DNA of 64,000 nt from assembly GCF_006345805.1 (NCBI RefSeq), contig NC_043009.1, positions 40,796,001 through 40,860,000 on the forward strand, in the 5' to 3' direction. A model generated the notes under the pieces. It had not been told where the DNA came from. It worked only from the letters and a program-made list of their open reading frames with translations, and did not search any database. Positions 1-11,912 of this stretch are shown one piece after another (within the stretch, counting starts at the first letter, position 1; each line of letters starts with the position of its first letter). This DNA comes from Octopus sinensis (Eukaryota). Both the position numbers and the translations under genes were made by a program.

Positions 1-300
1 GCTGAAACAAGGAAAAAAAATTTAAATGTATGTATGCATGTATAAATCCTTAAGAATGTTTTAGCCTGAAGGCCGCGGCCATGCTGGGGCACCACCGCTG
101 GAAATGTATATTAATATTAATATATACTCCAGACAGTTTTTACTGTCCAGCGAAGAGAACACGGAATTACCCACCGGAAGAATTCACAGAGTGACTAACA
201 ACTAATTGTAGTCGCAGACGTTAAATTCTAGGCGTTAACAGGAACTTAGCTGAGAACTAATGCGGTATCCACCCGGATATTATATCATTCCGAACTCACT

Positions 301-551
<251 letters not shown>

Positions 552-553
<2 letters not shown>

Positions 554-840
554 AGGCGCAATGGCCCAGTGGTTAGGGCAGCGGACTCGCGGTCGTAGGA
601 TCGCGGTTTCGATTCCCAGACCGGGCGTTATGAGTGTTTATTGAGCGAAAACACCTAAAAGCTCCACGAGGCTCCGTTAGGGGGTGGTGATCCCTGCTGT
701 ACTCTTTCACCACTCTTTCTCCCACTCTTTCTTCTGTTGGCCTGCTCGCTTAGCCAGCGGGGTGGCGTCATTCGAAGGCTAAAACAATGCGAACGCACTG
801 TGACCAGCGATGTGTAACTACATCTGGTGGACTGGTCGGT

Positions 841-847
<7 letters not shown>
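552..847 (+). mobile_element. tRNA-headed SINE (OK-like head)
   Basis: A box TGGCCCAGTGG, B box GGTTTCGATTCCC; body shared with copies at 8661, 39009 and 62320, but a different tail. Confidence 0.8.
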
Positions 848-910
<63 letters not shown>

Positions 911-1566
911 AACAGATAAAATTTTCATGCTTTACAACTCTATGTCAGAAGTTTCTCTAAAATGGCTAGAGCTGTTTCACGTTTGTTTCTACAATGTTAA
1001 TACTGTAGACATTGTTATCGTGATCCTAAGCGTTTTGAAGTTTGTATGTTAATTTTATTCCAACCCTGGTTAGCTTCCGTGCACAAATCATTGAATGTTT
1101 TGTTTGCAGATTTCTAAATCTGTAAAAAGTATTTTGCGGCTTAGTTCACTGAGGAGACCAAATCAAATTGAAACACTTCGTCTGGCAATCCGCCGACAAT
1201 GTTCTGAGCGAAGCCTTGCTTTTTTTTTTAACAAAGAAGTTTCTTTGAAGAATTTCTGTGAAGTAAAATGTTATATCCATTGTCGTTCCATGTTAATATA
1301 CACATAATAAATGTCATACACACCAGTGTTTTAATCTAATGCTGTTTCCATATTTTACTACGTTTCCATATCTTATTCGAACAGTTGTATTTACTTATGT
1401 ACATTGAATTAAATGAATTGAATATCATCCTTGTTATCCTGTGATAATTAGAAGTTTTCACCGCATAAAGTGGAAATAATATTAAATATACGTTTATTGT
1501 ATTTAGTTGTTATAGGCAGGATAAGCAAAAAAGTGGGAATGCTTGCATTGGGATAGAGTTCCGTAT

Positions 1567-1818
1567 AGTCGTGTTGTCTTGTAGTTCAATATTACAGCTT
1601 TTATAATTTTTAGCAAAGCTTCTAAAACCTTCGACAAAACTAATTGGCGGGAATTAAATGTATGATACTTGTTCATAGTTGTGATTGACAGAATAAGTAG
1701 AAAAATTGGGAACTGAGTCGCAGAGTTCAGTGTTATGCCTGCGGTCGTGTTGTTTTGTAGTTCAATATCGTAGCTTTTATAACTTTTAGCAAACCTTCTA
1801 AAACCTTCGACAAACTAT
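1567..1818. repeat. ~75-bp direct repeat pair, probably within a decayed DNA transposon
   Basis: GTCGTGTTGT.TTGTAGTTCAATAT...AAACCTTCGACAAA at about 1567 and 1744. Confidence 0.7.
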
Positions 1819-2428
1819 TTAGTGGGAATTTCACACAACTTAGTTTCAAGTTACCCGCGTTATTTGTTACATACTGATTGGTAGAACAATGTTTACGTTG
1901 GTGTTTTTGCCTTTTGTGGCGATACCGTTAATTTCTCGCATGGTCTCTCCTTTTACAGAAATATAATTGGATTGTGGTTCTAAATCGTAAATCTGAGATG
2001 GTTCGAAACTAAGCAAAAGTTTCACTATGCAATCATTGGTAATGTTACAATTAGTCTTTCTAAGAAGCTATTCATACGGAAATGAAGTCATATATTATAA
2101 CTCAAATATCGAATAAAATACGTCTTAGACGTAAAAACAAAGAAAGAAATAGCGAACGGGATCATGAACGGGAATCGAACCTTATGTCCGTTGATTACCG
2201 GATATACCACCAAGGAAAGTACTATACCAAGGAGAGTAACAAATAAGTTAATGGATTTAGTTGCATTAAAACTTCTGCCGTGAATTTTATTACGTCTCAA
2301 ACGTAAATTTTTAATTTCAATTTTTCTGGATTAATATTTGTAAAAAAAAATGTTTCCGCTTGAAATATTTCGAAATTTGAAAATAATCCATTTAAAGAAG
2401 GTGTTCATATGGAAATGTAACTATAGAT

Positions 2429-2460
2429 CAGTGATGGGCAACCTGCGTCCCGCGGGACTC
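2429..2460 (+). mobile_element. hAT terminal fragment
   Basis: CAGTGATGGGCAACCTGCG after a CTATAGAT target-like site; no second end found. Confidence 0.4.
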
Positions 2461-2935
2461 TCATAGTCTAGTTATTTTCAACGATTCACAACCAAGATGG
2501 AGACCCACAGTACCTCTAATAGCAGTAAATAACGACTTTATTAGCCTAGTAGTTGTATTATTAATTGTTTGTCATAAAAATATAAGTCTGTAATTATTAT
2601 TATTTTTTTGGTGGAATGTTATTAAAATATCACTAATTGGTTATCAACACAAATGAATACTAATGTATGTATTTAAAATTATTCCAACCCCGACCCTCAT
2701 ATTTTACTTTTATATTTGGCTGTAAATTTCGTGTTACTAATTTTAAGACTCACCACAATCTTCTTTAATATTCTTGCTGTTCTTTACCGTTTTAGACATA
2801 TTCATTACAATTAAAACAATTATCCGTCAAAATTTTGAAGAAACAAAATTTGTATATGATTATTGGAAAGTATACAAATTATCTTAAAAAAGAAACATAC
2901 ATAAATATCACTGCATACATGAATTTCTTAACTTA

Positions 2936-3336
2936 TACTCTTTTACTTGTTTCAGTCATTTTGACTGCGGCCATGCTGGAGCACCGCTTTTAGTCGAGCA
3001 AATCGACCCCAGGACTTATTCTTTGTAAGCCTAGTACTTATTCTATCGGTCTCTTTTGCCGAACCGCTAAGGGACGGGGACGTAAACACACCAGCATCGG
3101 TTGTCAAGCAATGCTAGGGGGACAAACACAGACACACAAACACACACGCGCATATATATATATACATATATACGACGGGCTTCTTTCAGTTTCCATCTAC
3201 CAAATCCACTCACAAGGCTTTGGTCGGCCCGAGGCTATAGTAGAAGACACTTGCCCAAGATGCCACGCAGTGGGACTGAACCCGGAACCATGTGGTTGGT
3301 TAGCAAGCTACTTACCACACAGCCACGCCTGCGCCT
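2936..3336 (-). mobile_element. Full-length CORE-type SINE (OR-like)
   Basis: Head GGCGCAGG...GGTTCAGTCCC, CORE-like GGCA(C/T)CTTGGGCAAGTGTCTT, central TA/TG run, tail ...GACTGAAACAAGTAAAAGAG. Confidence 0.88.
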
Positions 3337-3402
3337 ATTTATAATAATAAAAACACACCTATGCTTAAGTACAGTATGTATAGACATAATATAACTAAAT
3401 AA

Positions 3403-4032
3403 AGGGCGGTGAGCTGGCAGAATCGTTAGCACGCCGGGCGAAATGCCTAGCGGTATTTCGTCTGCCGCTACGTTCTGAGTTCAAATTCCGCCGCGGTCGA
3501 CCTTGCCTTTCATCCTTTCGGGGTCGATTAAATAAGAACCAGTTACGCACTGGGGTCGATGTAATCGACTTAATCCGTCTGTTTGTCCTTGTTTGTCCTC
3601 TCTGTGTTTAGGGTTAGGGTTGTGGGTAGTAAAGAAATAGGTATTTCATCTGCCGTTACGTTCTGAGTTCAAATTCCGCCGAGGTCGACTTTGCCTTTCA
3701 TCCTTTCGGGGTCGATTAAATAAGAACCAGTTACGCACTGGGGTCGATGTAATCGACTTAATCCGTTTGTCTGTCCTTGTTCTTCTCCTCTGTGTTTAAC
3801 CCCTTGTGGGTAGTAAAGAAATAGAAATAGGTATTTCGTCTGCCGCTACGTTCTGAGTTCAAATTCCGCCGAGGTCAACTTTGCCTTTTATCATTTCGGG
3901 GTCGATTAAATAAGTACCAGTTACAGTTACATAAACCTCAGTGCGGTCGATGTAATTGACTTAACCCCTTTGTCTGTTCTTGCTTGTCCCCTCTATGTTT
4001 AGCCCCCTATGGGCAATAAATAAATAAAAATA
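3403..4032 (+). mobile_element. Trimeric Meta-like SINE array bounded by one TSD pair
   Basis: Full monomer plus two head-truncated monomers; 15-bp TSD AATATAACTAAATAA at 3388 and 4033. Central CTTTGCCTTTCATCCTTTCGGGGTCGAT domain; the Meta assignment is from memory. Confidence 0.85.
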
Positions 4033-4899
4033 AATATAACTAAATAATGATGTTTCTGTGGAGATAGGCTTCACAAAAGTAATTGTCGCTTTTATTAAGC
4101 CATGACTAACATGCATACAACGTAAAGAATACGTTTTTAGTTCCTTTACCAACGACTAGACTTCTATCACCGACTAACTATGGGGGTTATAAAATCAATG
4201 TGTTTATTTCCGTCAAGGATTGTTTACATCCTATGTTTATACATGAGTTGAAGCAGAAGTGAACACCGAGAAGGAAATTGTCTGTGACATTTAGCTCATT
4301 AATATTAAAAAGCAACGTTATCACTTCCTCGCATTTCGAAATATAAACTATTCTGTTAAGTGCTGTTAGCACGGCTATTACTGATTAGTTCTTGTTTCTG
4401 CTACGTCATATAGCTTTTGTTGAAAGATTCCTTGAAGTGTCCACCCTTACATTTGTGGAAACTCAAACAGAGTATGCGTCATTTGATTTTATTTGGCGCG
4501 GTAGAGGGGTTCGGTCATCTCAATGGGAAATTTTACTAAGAATAGAGAACAAAATATATGAGTCAGAGGGTGAGTCTACCTTACAGAAATCCTTTACTTC
4601 AAAAGTTATCAGCTCAACGCTGATATTCCCAACATTATACAATCGTACAAAAAAAAAAAAAAAAAAAGAAAAGACCAAAGAAATTCGTCTGTTAATTACC
4701 GTAATTATGGTTCGACTAATAGTTGATTTCTGAGTATAAGACGAAACTGTGTTCAAATATATAACCTCGCAGACATGCTTACAATGGACAGCGATTTTCA
4801 ACTATCTTGATTTTCTTGGGTGAAAATTATTCAACACTTTCAATTTAAGATATTCTTAAAATCCTTTACCAAGCAATTATTATTTTCTGTAAATATTAT

Positions 4900-5735
4900 A
4901 TAAAATAATCAAGATGTTTGCTAGGGGTAGTTCTTTTTTGTTTTATCCAGCTTTCGCAATAGCTGAAAGAAAATACTCTGAAGTCAAATTTGGTTTAATC
5001 CATCAAATACTCAGCTGACATCGGAATAACCAAGATGGTAACTCTAGACCAGTGGTTCCCAAAGTGAGTGATATTGTCCACCACCCTGGGAGGGGGGAGT
5101 TCCAAGGGGGCGTTGGAGAAACTTGGGGCGATAATGGGGTTGTAATTCTTGTAAAAAACTGGAGCCATAATGGGGTGGCGATTCATGTAAAAGCAACAAA
5201 ATAATGGATTCATTAGGTTAAGTTTTATTTGTGAAATACAATTGCCTTGGATTTGCTTCAGAAAAAGGTTTATGTTTGTGATGGTTAGTTATGGGGGGGG
5301 GCACCAGAAATGCGGCCTGGGTGTCAAGGGGGCGGCAGCCCGAAAAAGTTTGGGAACCACTGTTCTAGACATTCAAAGGTTAGTTATTCCAAGATTTCTT
5401 TGATTCAAGTTACTGACCTGAGTGGTACTTTTATCTCAAGAAGAAGACACACATTCAAAGATGCATTTTTTAGCGCCATACGTAAGATTAATTTTGAGGA
5501 TCTGATCCAAATTTTTGCTATTAAAAGAAGTAGGCGAAAACTTTTATAATATTAATGAAGAGGAGATTTACAAAAATAAACATTATCTTCCGTCTTACTG
5601 TTAGTTTTGATTCATTCTGAAAAATGAAAATAAATTTTATGGTTTGTTATTGTTTATATTTTGAATTACATATAAATGTGTGCACCAAAAATCCTTTAAG
5701 TGCTTAGGGCCTCTATAAGTCTTAATCCGACCCTG
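4900..5735 (+). mobile_element. hAT transposase 3' remnant (dimerisation domain) with right terminus, interrupted by the MITE
   Basis: PAFAIAERKYSEVK and KINFEDLIQIFAIKRSRRKLL resemble the hAT C-terminal domain; end TAATCCGACCCTG. Confidence 0.6.
5050..5362. mobile_element. hAT (Charlie-like) MITE
   Basis: TIR CAGTGGTTCCCAAA / TTTGGGAACCACTG; 8-bp TSD CTCTAGAC / TTCTAGAC. Confidence 0.9.
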
Positions 5736-6321
5736 TGTGCACGCATCTGTAGGAAGGCCAATATTACGGCTTGTACCGTGCCATATTTGCATATATATTA
5801 TGTTCAAAACACCGGTCTTTTAATCTAAGATTATTTTCAATTGCCTTCTTTGCTTTCTGATCTATTTACTGTTTAGGTCATGGTTATCCACAATCACTGT
5901 AGTTGTATTCTACGAGTCAGATAAATATATATTCTAAAGCTGAGCGCTAAGAGTGTTGGATAGAATATTCTCATGAGCGCAGATGTTTCTTCGCAAACTG
6001 GTCGGCTGCACCATAAAAATAAGCGTTGGCTCTTCCCCCATTAGTGTTCCCCTCACACACACACACACACACATACACACAACTTTAATATGTACAGGTC
6101 CATACACACGCATGTATACGATCACATGGTTTTAAAATTAACCCTCATCCTTCACCCATAACTCCATTGAACTAAATGTTCTTTTTCTTTTCATCGCAGT
6201 GATTTCTTTTATGAAGTATTATTCCAGATTTTACGACAGCTCTGACACCCAAAAACTGGATGTGACATTTTCAGGCTTCCAGTAACAAAGGTCACACACC
6301 ATTCAATCAATTCTGACGATT

Positions 6322-6574
6322 AAAGTAAAGGTAAAGTTACCTTTTCGAGTCGTGCCGATTCATAAAGGCCGGTTTCCCGGTTTCAAAGGCGTATATATTC
6401 CCCTCCTGGACGAGACACCGGTCCGTCGCAGGATTACTCATTTTTGTCAGCTGAGTGGTTTTGAGCAACGTGAGAGGAAGTGTTATGCTCATGAACAATG
6501 CATCGCCCAGTAATCGGAACCACAATCTTACGATCTTGGGTCCAACACCCTAACCACTAAGCCATGCGCCTCCA
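6322..6574 (-). mobile_element. tRNA-headed SINE with CORE plus V-like domains
   Basis: CTGCGACGGACCGGTGTCTCGTCCAGG V-like motif, (ACCTTT)n tail, 14-bp TSD CAATTCTGA(C/T)GATT. Confidence 0.78.
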
Positions 6575-6659
6575 CAATTCTGATGATTTCTAGAGTTGGA
6601 TTTCCATCTCTGGCATTAAACCATTTAGTAATTTAGTTATCATGAGACTAATATATGAC

Positions 6660-7680
6660 CATAAAATTGTTTCAAGTTTTGGCACAAGCCCAACAATTTT
6701 AGAGGTAGGGGTTACTCGATTACATCGACTCCAGTACTCAACTAATATTTACTTTATCGGCCCTGAAATGATGAAAGACAAAGTCTACCTCTGTAGAATT
6801 TTTGTTCAGAACGTAAAGAGCCGGAAGAAATATCGTTGGGGATTTTGTCCGGCGTGCTAACAATTCTTATTTCTTTATTGCCCACAAGGGGCTGAACATA
6901 GAAGGGACAAACAAGGACAGAAAAAGGGATTAAGTCGATTACATCAACCCCAGTGCGTAACTGGTACTTAATTTATCGACCCCGAAAGGATGAAAGGCAA
7001 AGTCGATCTCAGCAGAATTTGAACTCAGAACGTAACGGCAGACGAAATACGGCTACGTATTTCGCCCTGCGTGTTAACGTTTCTGCCAACTCGCCGCCTT
7101 AAACTTATAATAATATTATAATTAAAGGTGGTGGGTTGGCAGAATCGTTAGCACGCTGGGATAAATTAAATACCAGTTGAGCACTAAGGTCGATGTAATC
7201 GGCTAGCGCCCCCCTCCCCCCGTATTTCTAACTTTGTGCCAAATTTTGAAACTAGTAATATTATAATTAAGGCGGCGAGCAACTTCTTACGACTTTACAT
7301 TCTGAGTTCGGTTGCCTCCAGGGCCGACTTTGCCTTTCATCCTTTTGGTGTCGATAAAATAAGTACCAATGAAGCACTGGGGTCGATGCAATCGACCTTG
7401 ATCCCTGCCCCGAAATTACTGGCCTTGTACCAAAATTTGAAGCCAATTTTATAATTAAAGTGGCGAACCGACAGAATTGTTACCACATCAGAAAAAAATG
7501 CTTAGCGGCATTTCGTCCGTCTTCACGTTCTGAGTTCAAATAACGCCGAGGTCGACTCTGCCTTTTATCCTTTCGGGGCAGTAAAATAAGTACTAGTGAG
7601 GCACTGGGGTCGGTGTAATCGACTTACACCCTCCCTCCGAAACTGGTGAGCTTGTGTCAAACTTTAAAACCAGTATTAAT
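6660..7680. mobile_element. Cluster of five Meta-like SINE copies in both orientations
   Basis: Repeated GTCGACTTTGCC...GTACCAG...GGGGTCGATG motifs; three degenerate + copies separated by ATTATAATTAA. Confidence 0.7.
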
Positions 7681-8249
7681 ATTATAATTAAATTAGACGC
7701 AAAGTCACGAAATCTTCGCTAACGGAACCTTCTTGATTAGTTTTTATTTTATCGATCCAAGAGGGTGAAATACAAGGTTAACCTGAGCTGGATTTGAATT
7801 TAGAACGTAAAAACACGCAATTATACACCGTAAACTGTTTGCTTCACCCCTCTACTCATTCTGTCAATCCATCACCCTAAATCGATATAATAGATAAACT
7901 CCCCTTCATTCATTAACTTTCCTACACAAGAATTCCATTATTTCTACATGAAATAATCATTCTTTTGGCTCTCAGTAATTGTAATACTTTAATGCATCAT
8001 AAATTCAACGTTTTCCCCATTTATCCTTACAGATTTAATCAATCATTGGAATCTAGTTTAATATTTCTCTATCATAACTTTCTCCTGCCATTCTCTCACC
8101 GTAATTCTGTTGAGGTTGTTAAGCTTTTAATATTTTTCTTTCTATATCTGCTGTGATTTCCATTCACAGTAACTAACATTTTATATTGCAGCAGTCACTA
8201 ATTGCAATTACGTGATTCCCAGTTTCCGAGTCGATAATTAAGAAACTAA

Positions 8250-8640
8250 ACAATATCTTTTTCCCCTTTTTCTTCCGCATAATGAATTTTCTCCCGAATA
8301 AACAGAGCATCAGCTAATTTTTCTTCAACAGTAATAATCAATTTTGGAAGATAGGCTGAATGGAACTTTGGCAAAAATAACAGAACATCAGATCCAACCT
8401 CGGGCATACGAACATGCTGTGTTCTCTCACTGTCTTTTCTACTGCTACTACTGTGGCCACTGATCCTCATGCTCTGGTAGGTCTCGTGCAAGCTTCACTG
8501 AAAGACTCACAACTTGTTCAGCTCTTTTTTTCTAGTCAACCATATTGCGTCCACCACTCCAGACCTTCAACTAGCCACTCTGCCTCATTTTTTCTCCCCC
8601 AAAATTCAACCCCTTGCAATTCCCCTCTTAATTATATTGT
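8250..8640 (-). mobile_element. Possible Gypsy integrase C-terminal remnant
   Basis: Degenerate RG.L...W...QY..L...KLA and R.PEVG.DVLLFLP...VEEKL.D motifs across frames. Confidence 0.35.
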
Positions 8641-8660
8641 TCCTGCAGTCATCTATTTGC

Positions 8661-8959
8661 GTGGAGGCGCAATGGCCCAGTTAGAGCAGCGGACTTGCGG
8701 TCGGAGGACCGCGGTTTCGATTCTCAGACCGGGAGTTGTTTGTGTTTATTGAGCGAAAATACCTAAAAGCTCCACGAGGCTCCGGCAGGGGACGGGGTGG
8801 CGACCCCTGTTGTACTCCTTCGTCCCAACTTTCTCTCACTCTCTCTCCCTGTTTCTTGAGTAACGCTGCGATGGACTGGCGTCCTGTCAAGCTGCGGGGA
8901 ACACTAACGCCACAGAGACCGGTCCCTTGAGCCTGGCTAGGCTTGAAAAGGGCGACGAG
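8661..8959 (+). mobile_element. tRNA-headed SINE with V-like domain
   Basis: GCTGCGATGGACTGGCGTCCTGTC motif; 14-bp TSD AGTCATCTATTTGC at 8647 and 8960. Confidence 0.85.
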
Positions 8960-9199
8960 AGTCATCTATTTGCTACTGTTCAAGAGAAACGTCGAGCGAA
9001 TGAATCTCGTCAGCCTCACCACAACAATCTCTTCAAATCCACCAACATACATACGTTTTCTTTTATAGCTTTGGGCCGATTAAAGCCTTGTAAGCGGATT
9101 TGGTAGGCGGGCACTTAAAGAATCCCGCCGTATAGATACATATATATATATATATAGATAGATACACGCACACACACACACATATATATATATATATAG

Positions 9200-9267
<68 letters not shown>

Positions 9268-9860
9268 ATACTACAAACTTAGAAAATGGAGGAACATACT
9301 TAAATCAATCAAACATCAACCAACAGATGATACCCAATCAATACTTTATTACACCATTACATAACAGTAAAGGCATTATACAAAATATATTGTAAATATA
9401 ATTAGACAAGGAAATAGAAATATAAAATATAAAATATAATATGTAATTATATCATATCTGACAGCTGTTTCGGCAGTAAGGGCAAGCATGCCTCATTTAA
9501 CCTATAAGCCATATAAGGCAGGTATAAATGAGACATAAATTAACAAGGATGCCCCACGGCCTCTTCAGAGAATTTAATTTATTATAAGTGTGGAAAAAAT
9601 TTTTTTATATACATATAAATATAAAAATATAAAATATAAAAACGTGTGCATAGACACCCATAATACTACACATATATATATATACTCATTAATACAATAA
9701 TACAAAATAAACAAAACAAAATAAAACAAAATATATATCAATATATATTAATAAACACAGTTATTCTACATATTGGGCTAATAGTTCTAAAAACTAACAC
9801 ACAGGAAAATATATGCACACTCACATTTAAATTAAAATCAGACCTATACATGAAAAAAAA
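9268..9860 (-). mobile_element. Penelope-like pseudo-LTR fragment carrying a hammerhead
   Basis: AT-rich block between TA runs; on the minus strand the hammerhead is followed by AATAAA; no ORF. Penelope link is inferred. Confidence 0.5.
9457..9571 (-). ncRNA. Type I hammerhead ribozyme motif, canonical core, long helix II
   Basis: Minus strand TCT-CTGAAGA-GGC[~87 nt hairpin]GCC-GAAA-C(AGCT)G-TC-AGA; palindromic helix III CAGCTG, GUC triplet. Confidence 0.82.
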
Positions 9861-10154
9861 AAATATATATATATATAGGCGCAGGAGTGGCTATGTGGTA
9901 GGTAGCTTGCTAACCAACCACATGGTTCCGGGTTCAGTCCCAGTGCGTGGCATCTTGGGCAAGTGTCTTCTGCTATAGCCCTGGGCCGACCAATACCTTG
10001 TGAGTGGATTTGGTAGACGGAAACTGAAAGAAGCCTGTCGTATATATATATATATATATAATTTCAACAATTGAGGGTAAAATTAATTAATTAATCAATT
10101 TCACCAAGTATTCAGTATGCAAAGGGACCATTTAAGGCGAATTCAAATTATTAC

Positions 10155-10603
10155 ATTATATAAAAGGGCTTAGTAAAATAAATTACTTTGCCGCATACTG
10201 AACTCATTAGAAATAGCAGCTAAAAAAACTTTTTTAAAACTATTTCCAATACTTAAAGAAAACCTCTCTCATATAGTGTTTGCTCAATTCAACTCACATT
10301 AAAGCGAGAGGAAGCCGAAAGGGTATGCTCCTACTTTCAGTGTTTTCAAATCCAAACCAGGGAGTTCTGAGCTGATGATAGAAATGTCGAATTTTGACTA
10401 ATCTTGAAACGTACGTTCTCAAATAACCTTTGCACTTGATTTTTTAATGTCTCTACCCCCATATTTGCGTGAGTTGAATTGGGCAAACACTATATGAGAG
10501 AGGTTTTCTTTAAGTATTGGAAATAGTTTTAAAAAAGTTTTTTTAGCTGCTATTTCTAATGAGTTCAGTATGCGGCAAAGTAATTTATTTTACTAAGCCC
10601 TTT

Positions 10604-10611
<8 letters not shown>
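10155..10611 (+). mobile_element. Hammerhead-bearing element with 143-bp inverted arms
   Basis: 10155-10297 is the reverse complement of 10469-10611 (one mismatch seen); the hammerhead lies in the spacer; inserted in the TA run of a CORE SINE. Confidence 0.75.
10368..10421 (+). ncRNA. Type I hammerhead ribozyme motif
   Basis: TGAG-CTGATGA-T.AGA...GTCGA/TTGAC...TCT.T-GAAA-C(GTAC)G-TT-CTCA; palindromic CGTACG helix III; U.U at the base of helix II. Confidence 0.72.
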
Positions 10612-10654
<43 letters not shown>

Positions 10655-11912
10655 TGTGTGTTGTATATGTTTGTGTGTCTGTGTTTGTCCCCCTAGCATT
10701 GCTTGACAACCGATGCTGGTGTGTTTACGTCCACGTCACTTAGCGGTTCGGCAAAATAGACCGATAGAATAAGTACTGGGCTTATAAAGAATAAGACCCG
10801 GGGTCGATTTGCTCGACTAAAGGCGGTGCTCCAGCATGGCCGCAGTCAAATGACTGAAACAAGTAAAAGAGTAAAGAGTATATGTTTGTATATGTATGCG
10901 TGTATGTACGCATGTATATTTATGTGTGTATGTTTTTGTGTCTGTGTTTATGCCCCACAACCGCTTGACAACCGGTGTTAGTGTGTTTACGTCACTGTAA
11001 CTTAGCAGTTCAGCAAAAATTACCGATAGAATAAGTACCAGGCTTAAAAAGGAAAATAAGTACTGGAGTCGATTCATTCGACTAAAATTTCTCAAGACGG
11101 TGCCCCAGCATGGCCGCAATCTAATGATTGAAACAAGTCAAAAAATAAAAAAATAAAGATAAAACAGTTTTAGTCTAGCAAATTGAACATTGTGTGGAGT
11201 GAAGGGCAACGTCAGGACCGGAAGAGAGGGAGCAAGGGTGACGTCAGGAACAGAAGCCTCTTTTTTTCTGAGGACGGTGAGGTGAAAGGACGCACGGATG
11301 GAGAGAATTTGAAAGAGAAGAGAGAGAGAGAGAGAGAGAGGGGAGTTACTGGCCAGAGGTTGGGGCAGTATACGCATGAGAGTACATCCAATGAGTTCTT
11401 CTGACCCTTGTGAAGTGGAGCTTTATACTCTCTTCTGAATATGTCTCAAAGTAATAGCAATCGTATTTTTTGCCGTTTCTTCCACACAGGGGCATCGCGA
11501 GGATAAGACAGACGTAACTTACACAAAATTCTGTATTGTAGGAGTGAACTCGGAACCACGTAACACATCAGCACACTTCTCAGTTTCACAACCATGCTGG
11601 CATAAATATGAAAAAAAAAATCGTCTCAATTTTACCTTGTAAGCATGGCCCTGGGAATAAGGTTTTCAGGTGATACAAGCGCACCTCCTAAAATTTATTA
11701 TTATTATTATCATTATTGTTCAGGACAAATATCCGTCGAATGTAAATAATGAAAATATAACCTTGTTTGTAAAACATTTTGGACCTAGGTTTGCAACCCC
11801 TAAACAAATTTGGTTCCTGATCCGGTGCCTGAAAGTTTTACAACTTCTACTGAGAAGAAAAAGGTTATGTTTAAATGAGCCGATAATTTTTCTTTCAGCT
11901 TAACTGTCGGTG

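Larger units (their letters stand above)
9878..10879 (+). mobile_element. CORE-type SINE split by the hammerhead element
   Basis: Head 9878-10022 and tail 10652-10879 are collinear with the consensus seen in intact copies. Confidence 0.8.

Noticed and set aside
125-300. Repeat-like block with a GACTA/TAGTC hairpin
   Set aside because: No recognisable ribozyme core or termini; cannot be classified.
552-625. tRNA genes at SINE heads (also 6505-6574, 8663, 12090-12162, 39011, 48855)
   Set aside because: A and B boxes are present, but acceptor stems are broken and each continues into a repeat body.
2088-2300. Minus-strand ORF with two hydrophobic stretches (and 4187-4650), suggestive of a membrane protein
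   Set aside because: No clear splice sites, in-frame stops nearby, and no family motif I can name.
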